A DNA stretch of 22,817 nt from a virus (IMGVR_UViG_3300013126_000015:1-22817), one strand, 5' to 3'; positions 7,658-16,117 are shown, numbered from the stretch's first letter. Numbers and translations: made by a program. The notes: generated by a model from the letters alone, not told the origin.

Positions 7658-8406
7658 TTTTTATTATAATCCTCATATAATTCTTCTATAGTTTTATGTG
7701 AGGATTTATGTTTCTTATAATTATCTTTATCAGAAATCATTCTGAGATTAGAAATATCGGATAAAATATTAATAGGAACATCATTTAGGAAACCATCGGT
7801 GACACTGTAAATATGGTCAAGATGATAATATTTACCACGTAATCCATCAGGGTCAATAATATGTTTGTTTCTTTCATATTGAGTATTAGCATATTGTTGA
7901 GCACGATGTCTATATTGTAGACGAGTCAATCCATCTATAGTATACGTTTTATTTTTATATACTTCTTTCCAATATTGTTTTTTTGAATTAGAAATTTGTT
8001 GTCTGACTTTTGGTATATAGGCTGGATTTGAAACGCCATAATTTTTCATAGTTGTTTCAATTTTCTTCAATTTGACACTTTCTAATTGAGATGCGTTGCC
8101 AACGCCTAATAATGTTTTCATATCATTCATTGCACAGGTACTATTACAATACCTATGATATTCTCTAGGTGTGTGTTTTCTAAATGATATTTCTTTACCA
8201 CATGATAAACATCCTGGTCGTTGTTTGATATTATAGGTGTAACAATATAAACGTTCATATAAAGAACACTTGCCAAGAAATGAAGTTTGTGATACAATAG
8301 TATTATACAATGATGGATATTTAAGTTTAAAATGATACTCTCGCACGGTGTGATATATGGTATCTAATCCATGAGATATTAAAAATTGTTCTACTTTGCT
8401 TGCCAT
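7645..8406 (-). CDS. Free-standing HNH-type homing endonuclease-like protein
   Basis: CxxC...C motif, (Y/L)GV-x-N repeats and C-terminal HLDHIYS...SNLRMI...DNYKKH; convergent with the vWA gene, overlapping it by 13 bp. Confidence 0.7.
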   Translation of the reverse strand: MASKVEQFLISHGLDTIYHTVREYHFKLKYPSLYNTIVSQTSFLGKCSLYERLYCYTYNIKQRPGCLSCGKEISFRKHTPREYHRYCNSTCAMNDMKTLLGVGNASQLESVKLKKIETTMKNYGVSNPAYIPKVRQQISNSKKQYWKEVYKNKTYTIDGLTRLQYRHRAQQYANTQYERNKHIIDPDGLRGKYYHLDHIYSVTDGFLNDVPINILSDISNLRMISDKDNYKKHKSSHKTIEELYEDYNKNQSS

Positions 8407-8493
8407 AATTGTTAACCTATGTTATAATATACTATTATAGACAAAAAATTAATATGATACAACTATCTACTATGAAGATTAATAAATACTGTC

Positions 8494-8691
8494 ATGAAAC
8501 AGTATAATATTACCCTTCACTATCAAGAACCCTTACGGGATGACTATGGGTTTCCACGCTTCGGAGAGAAGGTCGTGGAAATCCTATCAACCAATATGAA
8601 TTATGTTTATTCTACATTAGATAAAATGTTTGGTAAAGGTAATTATGATATAACAAAAATATCTGAAACAATGGTTGACAATTCTAAATAA
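8494..8691 (+). CDS. Hypothetical protein
   Basis: 65-aa ORF; the next promoter's TTGACA (8675) lies in its last codons. Confidence 0.65.
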   Translation: MKQYNITLHYQEPLRDDYGFPRFGEKVVEILSTNMNYVYSTLDKMFGKGNYDITKISETMVDNSK

Positions 8692-8731
8692 TTCATGTAT
8701 CATTAAGACTAATAAACAATACAGGTGATTT

Positions 8732-8980
8732 ATGACAGATACATTTATTGCAACTGGTATGGGTAGGGTTAATGGTAAATTAAAACTACGTTGGTCTAAT
8801 GATCCAGGATTCTGTTTAACACAGTATAAATCACGTGGTGAGAAAGATGTCATCATGATTGAATTATCTCAACCATTGACTAAGGTTGGTTGTGTTCGAT
8901 ACATGAAACAAATGGTATCAGAATTTCATGATCAAGAACATCTTCAAGTTATCGATCAATATCTTGAAAAACATTTATAA
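8732..8980 (+). CDS. Hypothetical protein
   Basis: 82-aa ORF with AGGTG RBS and promoter 8675/8698. Confidence 0.75.
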   Translation: MTDTFIATGMGRVNGKLKLRWSNDPGFCLTQYKSRGEKDVIMIELSQPLTKVGCVRYMKQMVSEFHDQEHLQVIDQYLEKHL

Positions 8981-8993
8981 TTAAAATAACAAT

Positions 8994-9197
8994 ATGCGAT
9001 ATGATAAAGATTCAGTAAAGATTCTAATTAAACAAGCTACCACCATATTCATGGATGATAAACTCTATGAAATCAATTGGTGTGATGATGATCAATTCCA
9101 GGCTACAGATGAAAATGGAATCCCTGATATCTTTTGGTATGAAGATATTAATATCAATGAAGTATTAATATATAAGACTACTCTACTAAACCCATAG
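8994..9197 (+). CDS. Hypothetical acidic protein
   Basis: 67-aa ORF, possibly a distant paralog of 16771..16998. Confidence 0.7.
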   Translation: MRYDKDSVKILIKQATTIFMDDKLYEINWCDDDQFQATDENGIPDIFWYEDININEVLIYKTTLLNP

Positions 9198-9200
9198 ACG

Positions 9201-9349
9201 AGAGTTCCCGCTGCGCTATCTCTATACTGGGTATTATATACCAAGAGTTCCCGCTGCGCTATCTAGCGATGCTCAATTGTGGTAGGTTCCCGCTGCACTA
9301 TTGACATAACCATGTCATATATGATATAATATAATAGAGTTCCCGCTGC
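9201..9349 (+). repeat. Four direct copies of the GTTCCCGCTGC core around a promoter
   Basis: Cores start at 9204, 9247, 9286 and 9339 (periods 43, 39, 53); TTGACA(9301)-N18-TATAAT(9325) lies between copies 3 and 4. Confidence 0.95.
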
Positions 9350-9368
9350 TACATATGAGGATAAGTTA

Positions 9369-9632
9369 ATGTTCAAAAAGATTAAAACATTTTTCGTTGG
9401 ATTACCATTATCAGAACGTCCTGATGTTCCATGTGGTGATAAAGCAGAACATTACTATTGGACAGATGATCGGTTAATGTGTCCCAATTGTTTGTCAATT
9501 AAATTGAAAGAAAAAGCTCAAATTCAATTGAGATTGGATACTGAACGGGAGAATGAACGGAAGATGAACGAATATGAGATATTATCAGATATGATAGCAG
9601 CTAAGGTATTGGCAAGGTTGAATGATAAATGA
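9369..9632 (+). CDS. Hypothetical protein (C-x4-H...CxxC possible Zn site, coiled-coil tail)
   Basis: 87-aa ORF with GAGG RBS. Confidence 0.75.
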   Translation: MFKKIKTFFVGLPLSERPDVPCGDKAEHYYWTDDRLMCPNCLSIKLKEKAQIQLRLDTERENERKMNEYEILSDMIAAKVLARLNDK

Positions 9633-9892
9633 TGGCACTTGAAGAGACCATGCCATATATTGATTTGATGACTATCATATATGCTGCAGAACAGGAAAAT
9701 GCTAATATCGATTTTGCCATCTTTACCCAATATGAAAATAATATCAGGGGATTAATACATTATCTGTATTTTCGTCAGCAAATGTTGGGACAAGATAACT
9801 ATCATCTTGAAGATGTTACCATTGAATTATTTTTCCATGATTATACTGACATTGAATGGTACAACACATTCAAAGAATTTCTCAATAGATAA
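9629..9892 (+). CDS. Hypothetical protein
   Basis: 87-aa ORF with ATGA overlap to the upstream gene. Confidence 0.75.
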   Translation: MMALEETMPYIDLMTIIYAAEQENANIDFAIFTQYENNIRGLIHYLYFRQQMLGQDNYHLEDVTIELFFHDYTDIEWYNTFKEFLNR

Positions 9893-10129
9893 TCATTCTC
9901 ATTTTGTATTTTAAATCATAATCATTCTCATTTTAAATGTGAGTTAAGAATATAATTTGCATAATACAATCATATCATAATTTTAAAGAGCTGTCAAGGA
10001 TTATTTTCAAGATCCTGATTTTTGTGATTGTCACTTCCAGTATACCATGAAAAAATAATTTTGTCAAGTCTTGACAACAACGTCGAACTATGCTATAATA
10101 ATAGTAGCGAATATTAGTTTACCTATATT

Positions 10130-10174
10130 CGAGACAACGTTCCGGGACTCCCTGGACTCTTAGCCACCATCACG
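10130..10174. ncRNA. Repeated GC-rich hairpin element, copy B (diverged)
   Basis: CGAGACAACGTTCCGGGACTCCCTGGACTCTTAGCCACCATCACG, between + promoter 10071/10094 and - promoter (TGTCAA 10248-10253). Confidence 0.55.
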
Positions 10175-10336
10175 TGAGCATCATCATTTAAAATCCTTTT
10201 TATCTTTCCCTTTTTGTTGGACATATTATTTCATATTATCATCTATATGTCAACAATTATTTTTATTATTTTTTAGTTGACAATTGAAATTTTTCCTGTA
10301 TTATATACCTATCTTTTAAATAACGGGATTATGGTC

Positions 10337-10513
10337 ATGGCCAAAATTACAATTAGTTTACCGTTACGTCGATATGCTATGTTTTGGGACAGTATTAGAT
10401 GCCGTAATTATATGATTGTAATATCAGGCAATGATTTAGATTATGCACCACTATGGGGAAATTTTGTTACCTGGGTTGGCGCAATAAAACAACCAACGAT
10501 TATCACAAAATAA
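10337..10513 (+). CDS. Hypothetical protein (start corrected from track; ATG 10331 or 10337)
   Basis: The track's TTG start at 10277 is the -35 box of its promoter; GGGA precedes the ATGs. Confidence 0.5.
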   Translation: MAKITISLPLRRYAMFWDSIRCRNYMIVISGNDLDYAPLWGNFVTWVGAIKQPTIITK

Positions 10514-10571
10514 TCCTTGACAAGTTTAAAAAATCCTGTATACTAATACCAGATTCAAACGGGAGCATATC

Positions 10572-11231
10572 ATGTTTAACTTTTCATTCACCGCAGTTTC
10601 AAGTAACGTAAAAACTGGCCCTATTCCTGTTACCAGAACAGATAAAAAATCATGTCCAGACTCATGTATCCTTAAAGGTAAAGGTTGCTATGCTGAGGGT
10701 GGCCCGGTTTTAATACACTGGAAAAAACTTGATGATGCTGGTTTATCATTGGATGAATTGGCACGGAAAATTAAAAAATTACCTAAAGGTCAATTATGGC
10801 GTCACAATGAAGCTGGTGATTTGCCAGGGTTTAATGATATGATTGATATAGCACAATTGACCAAGCTAGTTGATGCTAACAAGGGCAAAAAAGGATTTAC
10901 TTATACTCATTACCCTATGGTGCAACATAACATTAAAGCAGTAAAATTAGCAAATGATAGCGGTTTTACTATTAACATGTCATTGAATAACTTGAATGAG
11001 TTATCACAAGCTAAACATTTACCATTGCCTAAAGTGGTCATTTTGCCTAAAGATTCACCTAATAAATTTGAGCATGATGGCGTCACTGTTATGAAATGTC
11101 CAGCTCAAATTAAGGACGAAATGTCTTGTTCAAGATGTAAATTGTGTGCCGATCCTAATCGTAAAATGGTAATTGGATTTGACCCGCACGGTTTTAGAAA
11201 AAATAAAGTAATTGCAATTTCAACCATATAG
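10572..11231 (+). CDS. Cys-rich conserved phage protein (GP88-like)
   Basis: NVKTGPIP, CPDSCILKGKGCYA, WRHNEAGD, GFTYTH and C-terminal CPAQ...CSRCKLCA; own promoter (10517) and GGGAG RBS. The family name is from recall. Confidence 0.7.
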   Translation: MFNFSFTAVSSNVKTGPIPVTRTDKKSCPDSCILKGKGCYAEGGPVLIHWKKLDDAGLSLDELARKIKKLPKGQLWRHNEAGDLPGFNDMIDIAQLTKLVDANKGKKGFTYTHYPMVQHNIKAVKLANDSGFTINMSLNNLNELSQAKHLPLPKVVILPKDSPNKFEHDGVTVMKCPAQIKDEMSCSRCKLCADPNRKMVIGFDPHGFRKNKVIAISTI

Positions 11232-11238
11232 GTGTAAT

Positions 11239-11496
11239 ATGTTAGCCAACACAAAACAAACAAGAAAGATTGTCAATGATACATTAAACAGTGTATTGTA
11301 TAATTATTGCAATAAGACTTGGACAGATCGGGATCATCGAACGATTGATGATGGCAAGCGAATTGTTGTATTTGAAATAATGTCAAACAATTTAGATGTT
11401 CTGAGTCGAGAAATTAAACAACGATTTATCAATGCTGGATTTGACAATCGTATCACGGTATCACAAAAATATATTCGAATAGCATCAATATTGTGA
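11239..11496 (+). CDS. Hypothetical protein
   Basis: ATG 11239 after AGGTG RBS is more plausible than the track start 11212. Confidence 0.7.
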   Translation: MLANTKQTRKIVNDTLNSVLYNYCNKTWTDRDHRTIDDGKRIVVFEIMSNNLDVLSREIKQRFINAGFDNRITVSQKYIRIASIL

Positions 11497-11557
11497 TTGA
11501 CAATTAGCTGGGTATATGAAATAATATACCCACTTTCAAACAACTAGGACAACGATC
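11497..11557 (+). promoter_or_regulatory. Family-A promoter/leader cassette (TTGACA-N17-AATAAT, inverted repeat over -10, leader ATATACCCACTTTCAAAC); also at 13799, downstream half at 21412
   Basis: TGGGTATAT (11509-17) / ATATACCCA (11524-32); near-identical block at 13799-13859. Confidence 0.8.
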
Positions 11558-11899
11558 ATGACTACCATCACAAAATCATTCAATGAAGTTCATGCTGAAG
11601 CATTGGTTGCCGCACGTAAGGCAGGATTAGAGTACTTTAACACTGTATTGAATGGTGTTGATCAATATGCTTGCGGTTTTGCATGGGTAAGATTGCCTGA
11701 AGTGAAACTTAATACCAAACTTGGTAAACAGATTGCTGCTTGTGGATTTTCAAAATCATACAATAAAGGTGTGGAATTATGGAATCCATCCGGTTTACAT
11801 TGTCAAAATATTGACGCTAAAGAAGCTGGTGCTAATGCCTATGCTACGGTAATGCAACAAAATGGATATGTTGCTTATTCAGAATCAAGATTAGATTAA
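11558..11899 (+). CDS. Conserved phage hypothetical protein
   Basis: 113 aa with CGFAWV, WNPS and SRLD motifs typical of a phage early-gene family; AGGA RBS. Confidence 0.8.
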   Translation: MTTITKSFNEVHAEALVAARKAGLEYFNTVLNGVDQYACGFAWVRLPEVKLNTKLGKQIAACGFSKSYNKGVELWNPSGLHCQNIDAKEAGANAYATVMQQNGYVAYSESRLD

Positions 11900-11907
11900 A
11901 ATAATAC

Positions 11908-11961
11908 TTGACAAATAGCCAAGGATGGCTTATCATATGTCCATACTTTAGGGGATGTGTC
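11908..11961 (+). promoter_or_regulatory. Family-B promoter cassette with palindromic spacer GCCA-(A/C)GGA-TGGC; also at 12895, 15583, 21412
   Basis: TTGACA-AATAGCCAAGGATGGCT-TATCAT; the spacer is identical at 12895. Confidence 0.85.
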
Positions 11962-12096
11962 ATGACTGAACAAGAATTTATCGATACCTTGGTTACAATC
12001 TGGTCAACTGGTGATGCAGAATTGTTGAAATCATTTATTGAAATTCACAAAGATGTTTGGTACAATGTCATTAAATCGTTTGGATTTTTGGGATAG
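11962..12096 (+). CDS. Hypothetical 44-aa protein (start corrected)
   Basis: The track's TTG 11908 is the -35 box; ATG 11962 follows AGGGGA. Confidence 0.65.
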   Translation: MTEQEFIDTLVTIWSTGDAELLKSFIEIHKDVWYNVIKSFGFLG

Positions 12097-12100
12097 TGCC

Positions 12101-12286
12101 ATGACTACTACTGAATTGATGAAACTAGAACCAATCAGACACCAATTGCGTGTTCAAGCAATAGCCGCAATGAATGAAGGTGATTATGTGACGATCATTT
12201 CATATATTGCTGTTCCACGTGGAACAAGTTATATATCAGGACAAACATTTAATCATTGTCATTTAGTTGCAGTACATCACAATTAA
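12101..12286 (+). CDS. Hypothetical protein (start corrected)
   Basis: ATG 12101 after GGGA, 4 bp past the upstream stop. Confidence 0.55.
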   Translation: MTTTELMKLEPIRHQLRVQAIAAMNEGDYVTIISYIAVPRGTSYISGQTFNHCHLVAVHHN

Positions 12287-12397
12287 AAACTTGACAAATT
12301 ATTTAAAATATGAAATAATATAGTCATAGTAATCGGATAGGTAATCAATCCTATCGTGGCATCCAAGAGGGGATAGGTGCGTTTATAAAAAATATAT

Positions 12398-12444
12398 GCG
12401 AAGCAGCCTTCCGGGACTTCCTGGACCATGGTCGGCATCACCCG
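12398..12444. ncRNA. Repeated GC-rich hairpin element, copy C
   Basis: GCGAAGCAGCCTTCCGGGACTTCCTGGACCATGGTCGGCATCACCCG, between + promoter 12291 and - promoter (TGTCAA 12490-95, AGTATA 12468-73). Confidence 0.55.
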
Positions 12445-12579
12445 AACCACCTCTTTACTATGGTTATAGTATACACTAAAATTTTTTATTGTCAAGTTAT
12501 TTTTTAAATATATTTTTGTTGACATCTTAAATTTTTCCTGTATATTATGTTTCATCAAGTAACCAACCAGGAAAATAAA

Positions 12580-12891
12580 ATGTCAACCATCATCATCAAA
12601 TCAGTTTCATATGATAACTTCACTCATGAAGAATATCGTGATCTTACCTTTAGACCATCGCATGAATTGGTTAGAAAGCATCTACCACGTTATAAAGTAT
12701 CTAAACATATCATTGTTCCGCAATATGCCGAAGCAGCAGCTGAAGAAGCATTTGATCTAACCAACAATCCTTCACGTCAAGATGAACGTGAAGAAAAATA
12801 TGGTAATGGTAAATCATTATCAGTTGGTGATGTTGTCGAAGTTAATGGTGTGAATTATCTTTGTGAATCATTCGGTTGGGCAATACTTTAA
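12580..12891 (+). CDS. Hypothetical protein with YodL-like C-terminal motif
   Basis: SLSVGDVVEVNG...YLCESFGW; ATG 12580 after CAGGA; promoter 12519. Confidence 0.7.
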   Translation: MSTIIIKSVSYDNFTHEEYRDLTFRPSHELVRKHLPRYKVSKHIIVPQYAEAAAEEAFDLTNNPSRQDEREEKYGNGKSLSVGDVVEVNGVNYLCESFGWAIL

Positions 12892-12948
12892 TACTTGACA
12901 AATAGCCAAGGATGGCTTATAATTTATCCATACTTTCAGGAGAACATT

Positions 12949-13101
12949 ATGTACACTAAAAAAATCACTTTCAAAAAACTGGTTCATGGTATTTGGGTCG
13001 ATCAAGAATTGAGAACAACAAATGATACCATATGGTTTCATTTTAATCAATTATCATTGAGATCTGATGTAAAAGATATTGTTATTGTGGATATTGTGTA
13101 G
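12949..13101 (+). CDS. Hypothetical 50-aa protein (start corrected)
   Basis: The track's TTG 12895 is the -35 box; AGGAG precedes ATG 12949. Confidence 0.7.
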   Translation: MYTKKITFKKLVHGIWVDQELRTTNDTIWFHFNQLSLRSDVKDIVIVDIV

Positions 13102-13132
13102 TATAATATCCACCCAGTTTTAGGAGATTATC

Positions 13133-13342
13133 ATGTCCATACGATCATTAAGAAAAGAATTGATGAATCAGTATGAATACATGAAATGCGGCAATGTGCT
13201 GGAATTTAACCAACGATTGCAATGGTTAAGTGAAGGAATGTTAAAAAATCATTTAACTGGTATTATGCCATATACCATCAATCAAGATGAAATAATGTTA
13301 TATAAATCATTTTGTGAGAAAAGAAATAGGTTGACAACATAA
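13133..13342 (+). CDS. Hypothetical protein
   Basis: AGGAG RBS; ends RLTT across TTGACA 13331. Confidence 0.75.
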   Translation: MSIRSLRKELMNQYEYMKCGNVLEFNQRLQWLSEGMLKNHLTGIMPYTINQDEIMLYKSFCEKRNRLTT

Positions 13343-13389
13343 AAGAATCGTGTATAATATTATCCATACTAAATCACTTGGAGACTGAA

Positions 13390-13791
13390 ATGAGCGCTTG
13401 GATTGTATCAGAAAAACATATCATGACATTGGCATATAACTATCTGGTATTTGTCAAGGAGAGGGATGAACCAACTGATGCCGAAATCATGGAGGTTGCT
13501 AAGGTATTACTAAAGGAAAATGTTAAAAGTGTAAACTTTCGGTATGGTGACAAAAACAGATCAAGATTCTCAAAAAAACAAGTAGCACCAGATAAAACAT
13601 TATCTATTGCTGGATTGGTAAAAGCGATCCATTGTTGGGAATATCAAACATGCGAACATGATGGACATGAAAAATCAAAAGCATGGGTGATGATGCAACA
13701 ATTGCAAACGGCAATACTATCACAAATTTTTTACACCCATCAACCATATGCAAAAGAATATGAAGATGCAAAATGGGGATTAAGTGAATAA
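13390..13791 (+). CDS. Conserved phage hypothetical protein
   Basis: GGAG RBS before ATG 13390; ENVKSVNFRY and CWEYQTCEH motifs. Confidence 0.8.
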   Translation: MSAWIVSEKHIMTLAYNYLVFVKERDEPTDAEIMEVAKVLLKENVKSVNFRYGDKNRSRFSKKQVAPDKTLSIAGLVKAIHCWEYQTCEHDGHEKSKAWVMMQQLQTAILSQIFYTHQPYAKEYEDAKWGLSE

Positions 13792-13859
13792 ATAATCCTT
13801 GACAAATAAGTGGGTATGTGAAATAATATACCCACTTTCAAACAAACAGGACAATTATC

Positions 13860-14105
13860 ATGAAAACAGTTAACCTATTAACATTCGCAGAATTGATTAG
13901 CATAGTCGAAGCATGTTATGAAATTGAGTTCGATAATCAATTGGTATATCCATGTGTAACGATTGGTGATGATGATACAGATGCATTGTTTGAAATCACC
14001 AACGACGGTGGTCAACTAATTAGTTTTCATGAAGATGACATTTTTGTCAACATGAATGACAATAAAATCATCTTCATGATGGACAATGATAAAAAATACA
14101 TATAA
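13860..14105 (+). CDS. Hypothetical acidic protein
   Basis: Family-A cassette with AGGA RBS. Confidence 0.7.
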   Translation: MKTVNLLTFAELISIVEACYEIEFDNQLVYPCVTIGDDDTDALFEITNDGGQLISFHEDDIFVNMNDNKIIFMMDNDKKYI

Positions 14106-14194
14106 TATCAAACCATTACAACAAGTTGATATTTTAACAACGTTGATGCCACTTGTTAAATGTATGAAATAATCAAACAAACAGGACAATTATC

Positions 14195-14551
14195 ATGAAC
14201 TTTCAAAACATAAGCGAAACATACGCCAATGAAGTTAATGGATCATGCCTTCAAGGTCATGTCAATATCAAATATCATGAACTGGTAGAAATTTTCGGTG
14301 AACCTACGGATGGTGATGAATATAAGGTTCAAAAAGAATGGATACTACAATTCGAAGATGGTACAGTTGCAACCATTTACGATTGGAAATGGAGCGAAGA
14401 ATATAACGGTGATGGTCAAGGAACCCATTATACCATGGTGCCAGAATGGAACATAGGTGGTTTTAACATCAATGCCGTTTGCAATGTTCTGGCAGCAATC
14501 AAACAATTCGGTAGTATTGAAGGTGAATTGGCACAAAAACAGTTGACATAA
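14195..14551 (+). CDS. Conserved phage hypothetical protein
   Basis: LQG...Y.ELVEIFGEP, EW, TIYDWK and WNIGG motifs; the leader TCAAACAAACAGGACAATTATCATGAA is shared with 13860; ends KQLT across TTGACA 14543. Confidence 0.85.
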   Translation: MNFQNISETYANEVNGSCLQGHVNIKYHELVEIFGEPTDGDEYKVQKEWILQFEDGTVATIYDWKWSEEYNGDGQGTHYTMVPEWNIGGFNINAVCNVLAAIKQFGSIEGELAQKQLT

Positions 14552-14620
14552 TTTAGAAATTGTGGTATGATTTAACCATTATCTCGATGGTCGTTTTAAC
14601 AATTTACAAAGGTGAATATC

Positions 14621-15574
14621 ATGAATACAAATACAAACGTGGTCATTGGTACATTAAACAATGTACTAGAGTTTAAATCAAATTATCTTCGTTCATTACT
14701 GGATACATTGAACGTTACCCTTGACAAAGATGGATACACGGTATTCACGGATGATACATTCCATTTTGTCTATGATGTTGGTGAAGAGGGTGTTGGTGCT
14801 GAAGTCAATTTAAATAACGATCTTAACAATACTGTTGTAACTGGAGCGGGTGATGATGTTATCCTAATTGACGGAAATCATCATAACGTGGTGTTATCTG
14901 GGGGTGGTGGAGATTATATTGTCACTGGCATTGGGGATGATTATATCCATGGTGGGAATGGTGATGATTATATCAAATCATCATTCGGCAATGATCTTAT
15001 CATTGGTGGTAATGGTGATGACAGTATCTTTGCAGATGGTAATGCAGTTGTTTCAGGTGGTAATGGTGAAGATTGGATTATTGTATCTGGTCAAGCATCA
15101 GTTGATGCCGGGAATGGCGCAGATTATGTGTTTACGGGGGATTACAACGATACGGTTTATGGTGGTCGTGGTGATGATCAACTCGAAACAGGTAGCGGTG
15201 ATGACCTAGTATTCGGTGACAATGGGGATGATTGCATCTACGGTGATGCCGGTAATGATACCCTATATGGTGGTCGTGGTGATGATTTGCTGGATGGTGA
15301 TGCCGGTAATGACATTTTGATCGGTGGTAACGGCAACGATGAATTGAGTGGTGGCACCGGAAATGATTTATTCATCTTCGATAAAAATGATGGACATGAT
15401 GAAATCTATGATTTCGATGTTGGTGATTCAATTCAAGCTGGTGATGGTGCAACACTGTTCGATAATGAAGATGGTTCTTATACCATGCACTACGGTAACA
15501 CAACAGTTGAAATTGACATTACCGGATCAGTTCACAACATCACTCTGGTAGATGGTTTCTTTGTAGCATCTTAA
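14621..15574 (+). CDS. RTX / hemolysin-type Ca2+-binding repeat protein
   Basis: About 17 GGxGxDxUx-type nonapeptides (e.g. GGNGDDYIK, GGRGDDLLD, GGTGNDLFI), followed by FIFDKNDGHDEIYDFD; no catalytic domain seen. Confidence 0.9.
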   Translation: MNTNTNVVIGTLNNVLEFKSNYLRSLLDTLNVTLDKDGYTVFTDDTFHFVYDVGEEGVGAEVNLNNDLNNTVVTGAGDDVILIDGNHHNVVLSGGGGDYIVTGIGDDYIHGGNGDDYIKSSFGNDLIIGGNGDDSIFADGNAVVSGGNGEDWIIVSGQASVDAGNGADYVFTGDYNDTVYGGRGDDQLETGSGDDLVFGDNGDDCIYGDAGNDTLYGGRGDDLLDGDAGNDILIGGNGNDELSGGTGNDLFIFDKNDGHDEIYDFDVGDSIQAGDGATLFDNEDGSYTMHYGNTTVEIDITGSVHNITLVDGFFVAS

Positions 15575-15637
15575 AATAATACTTGACAAATCGCCAAGGA
15601 TGGCGATATAATATTTCAACATTTTAAGGAGAACATT

Positions 15638-15760
15638 ATGAAAATCTACTACAAAACCACTGAACAATTTTATGAAGGTATCTATCAGTTAACAGTAAAA
15701 GGGTTGACATTTGAAGCGGATGCTGATACACTAACCATCACAGTGTTAGGAGGATATTAA
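15638..15760 (+). CDS. 40-aa hypothetical protein (not in ORF track)
   Basis: Family-B promoter, AAGGAG RBS; MKIYYKTTEQFYEGIYQLTVKGLTFEADADTLTITVLGGY. Confidence 0.8.
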   Translation: MKIYYKTTEQFYEGIYQLTVKGLTFEADADTLTITVLGGY

Positions 15761-15761
15761 A

Positions 15762-15944
15762 ATGTCAAAAAGAATCTTGATTGTTGTTAACGGTGGTGTA
15801 GCAGATTGGGTTGCCGATGATGGTATCGAAGTGGGATTGTTTGATTTCGATAATTATGAAGCTGGTGATAAAATTGAAATACCATCAGAATTTGCTGATC
15901 TTGCCAATATAATGGGCATACCTGATGAGTGCATAGGAGAATAA
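15762..15944 (+). CDS. Hypothetical acidic protein
   Basis: AGGAGG RBS within the upstream gene's end. Confidence 0.8.
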   Translation: MSKRILIVVNGGVADWVADDGIEVGLFDFDNYEAGDKIEIPSEFADLANIMGIPDECIGE

Positions 15945-15945
15945 C

Positions 15946-16116
15946 ATGAAAGTAATATTCAGTGATATTGAATGGGATTCTGATGACAATTCATTACCTT
16001 TATTGGTTACAGTGAATGTTGATGATGCAATTGATGTTGAACAGAATGGAGCTGATATATTATCAGATGAATATGGATATTGTGTACATTGTTTCAGTTT
16101 TGAAATAGGGGAATAA
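15946..16116 (+). CDS. 56-aa acidic hypothetical protein (not in ORF track)
   Basis: AGGAG RBS; MKVIFSDIEWDSDD...LSDEYGYCVHCFSFEIGE; fills the gap between flanking genes exactly. Confidence 0.8.
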   Translation: MKVIFSDIEWDSDDNSLPLLVTVNVDDAIDVEQNGADILSDEYGYCVHCFSFEIGE

Positions 16117-16117
16117 C

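Noticed and set aside
9201-9349. Canonical CRISPR array
   Set aside because: Only an 11-bp core is conserved, periods are irregular (43/39/53), one spacer is a promoter, and no cas genes are in the window. Kept only as a repeat finding.
12283-12558. Minus-strand 91-aa ORF through element copy C
   Set aside because: It starts upstream of and runs through promoters, and the frame is not conserved in copies A and B.
10277-12948. Track ORF starts at TTG 10277, 11908, 12895
   Set aside because: These TTGs are the -35 TTGACA boxes. RBS-preceded ATGs lie downstream.
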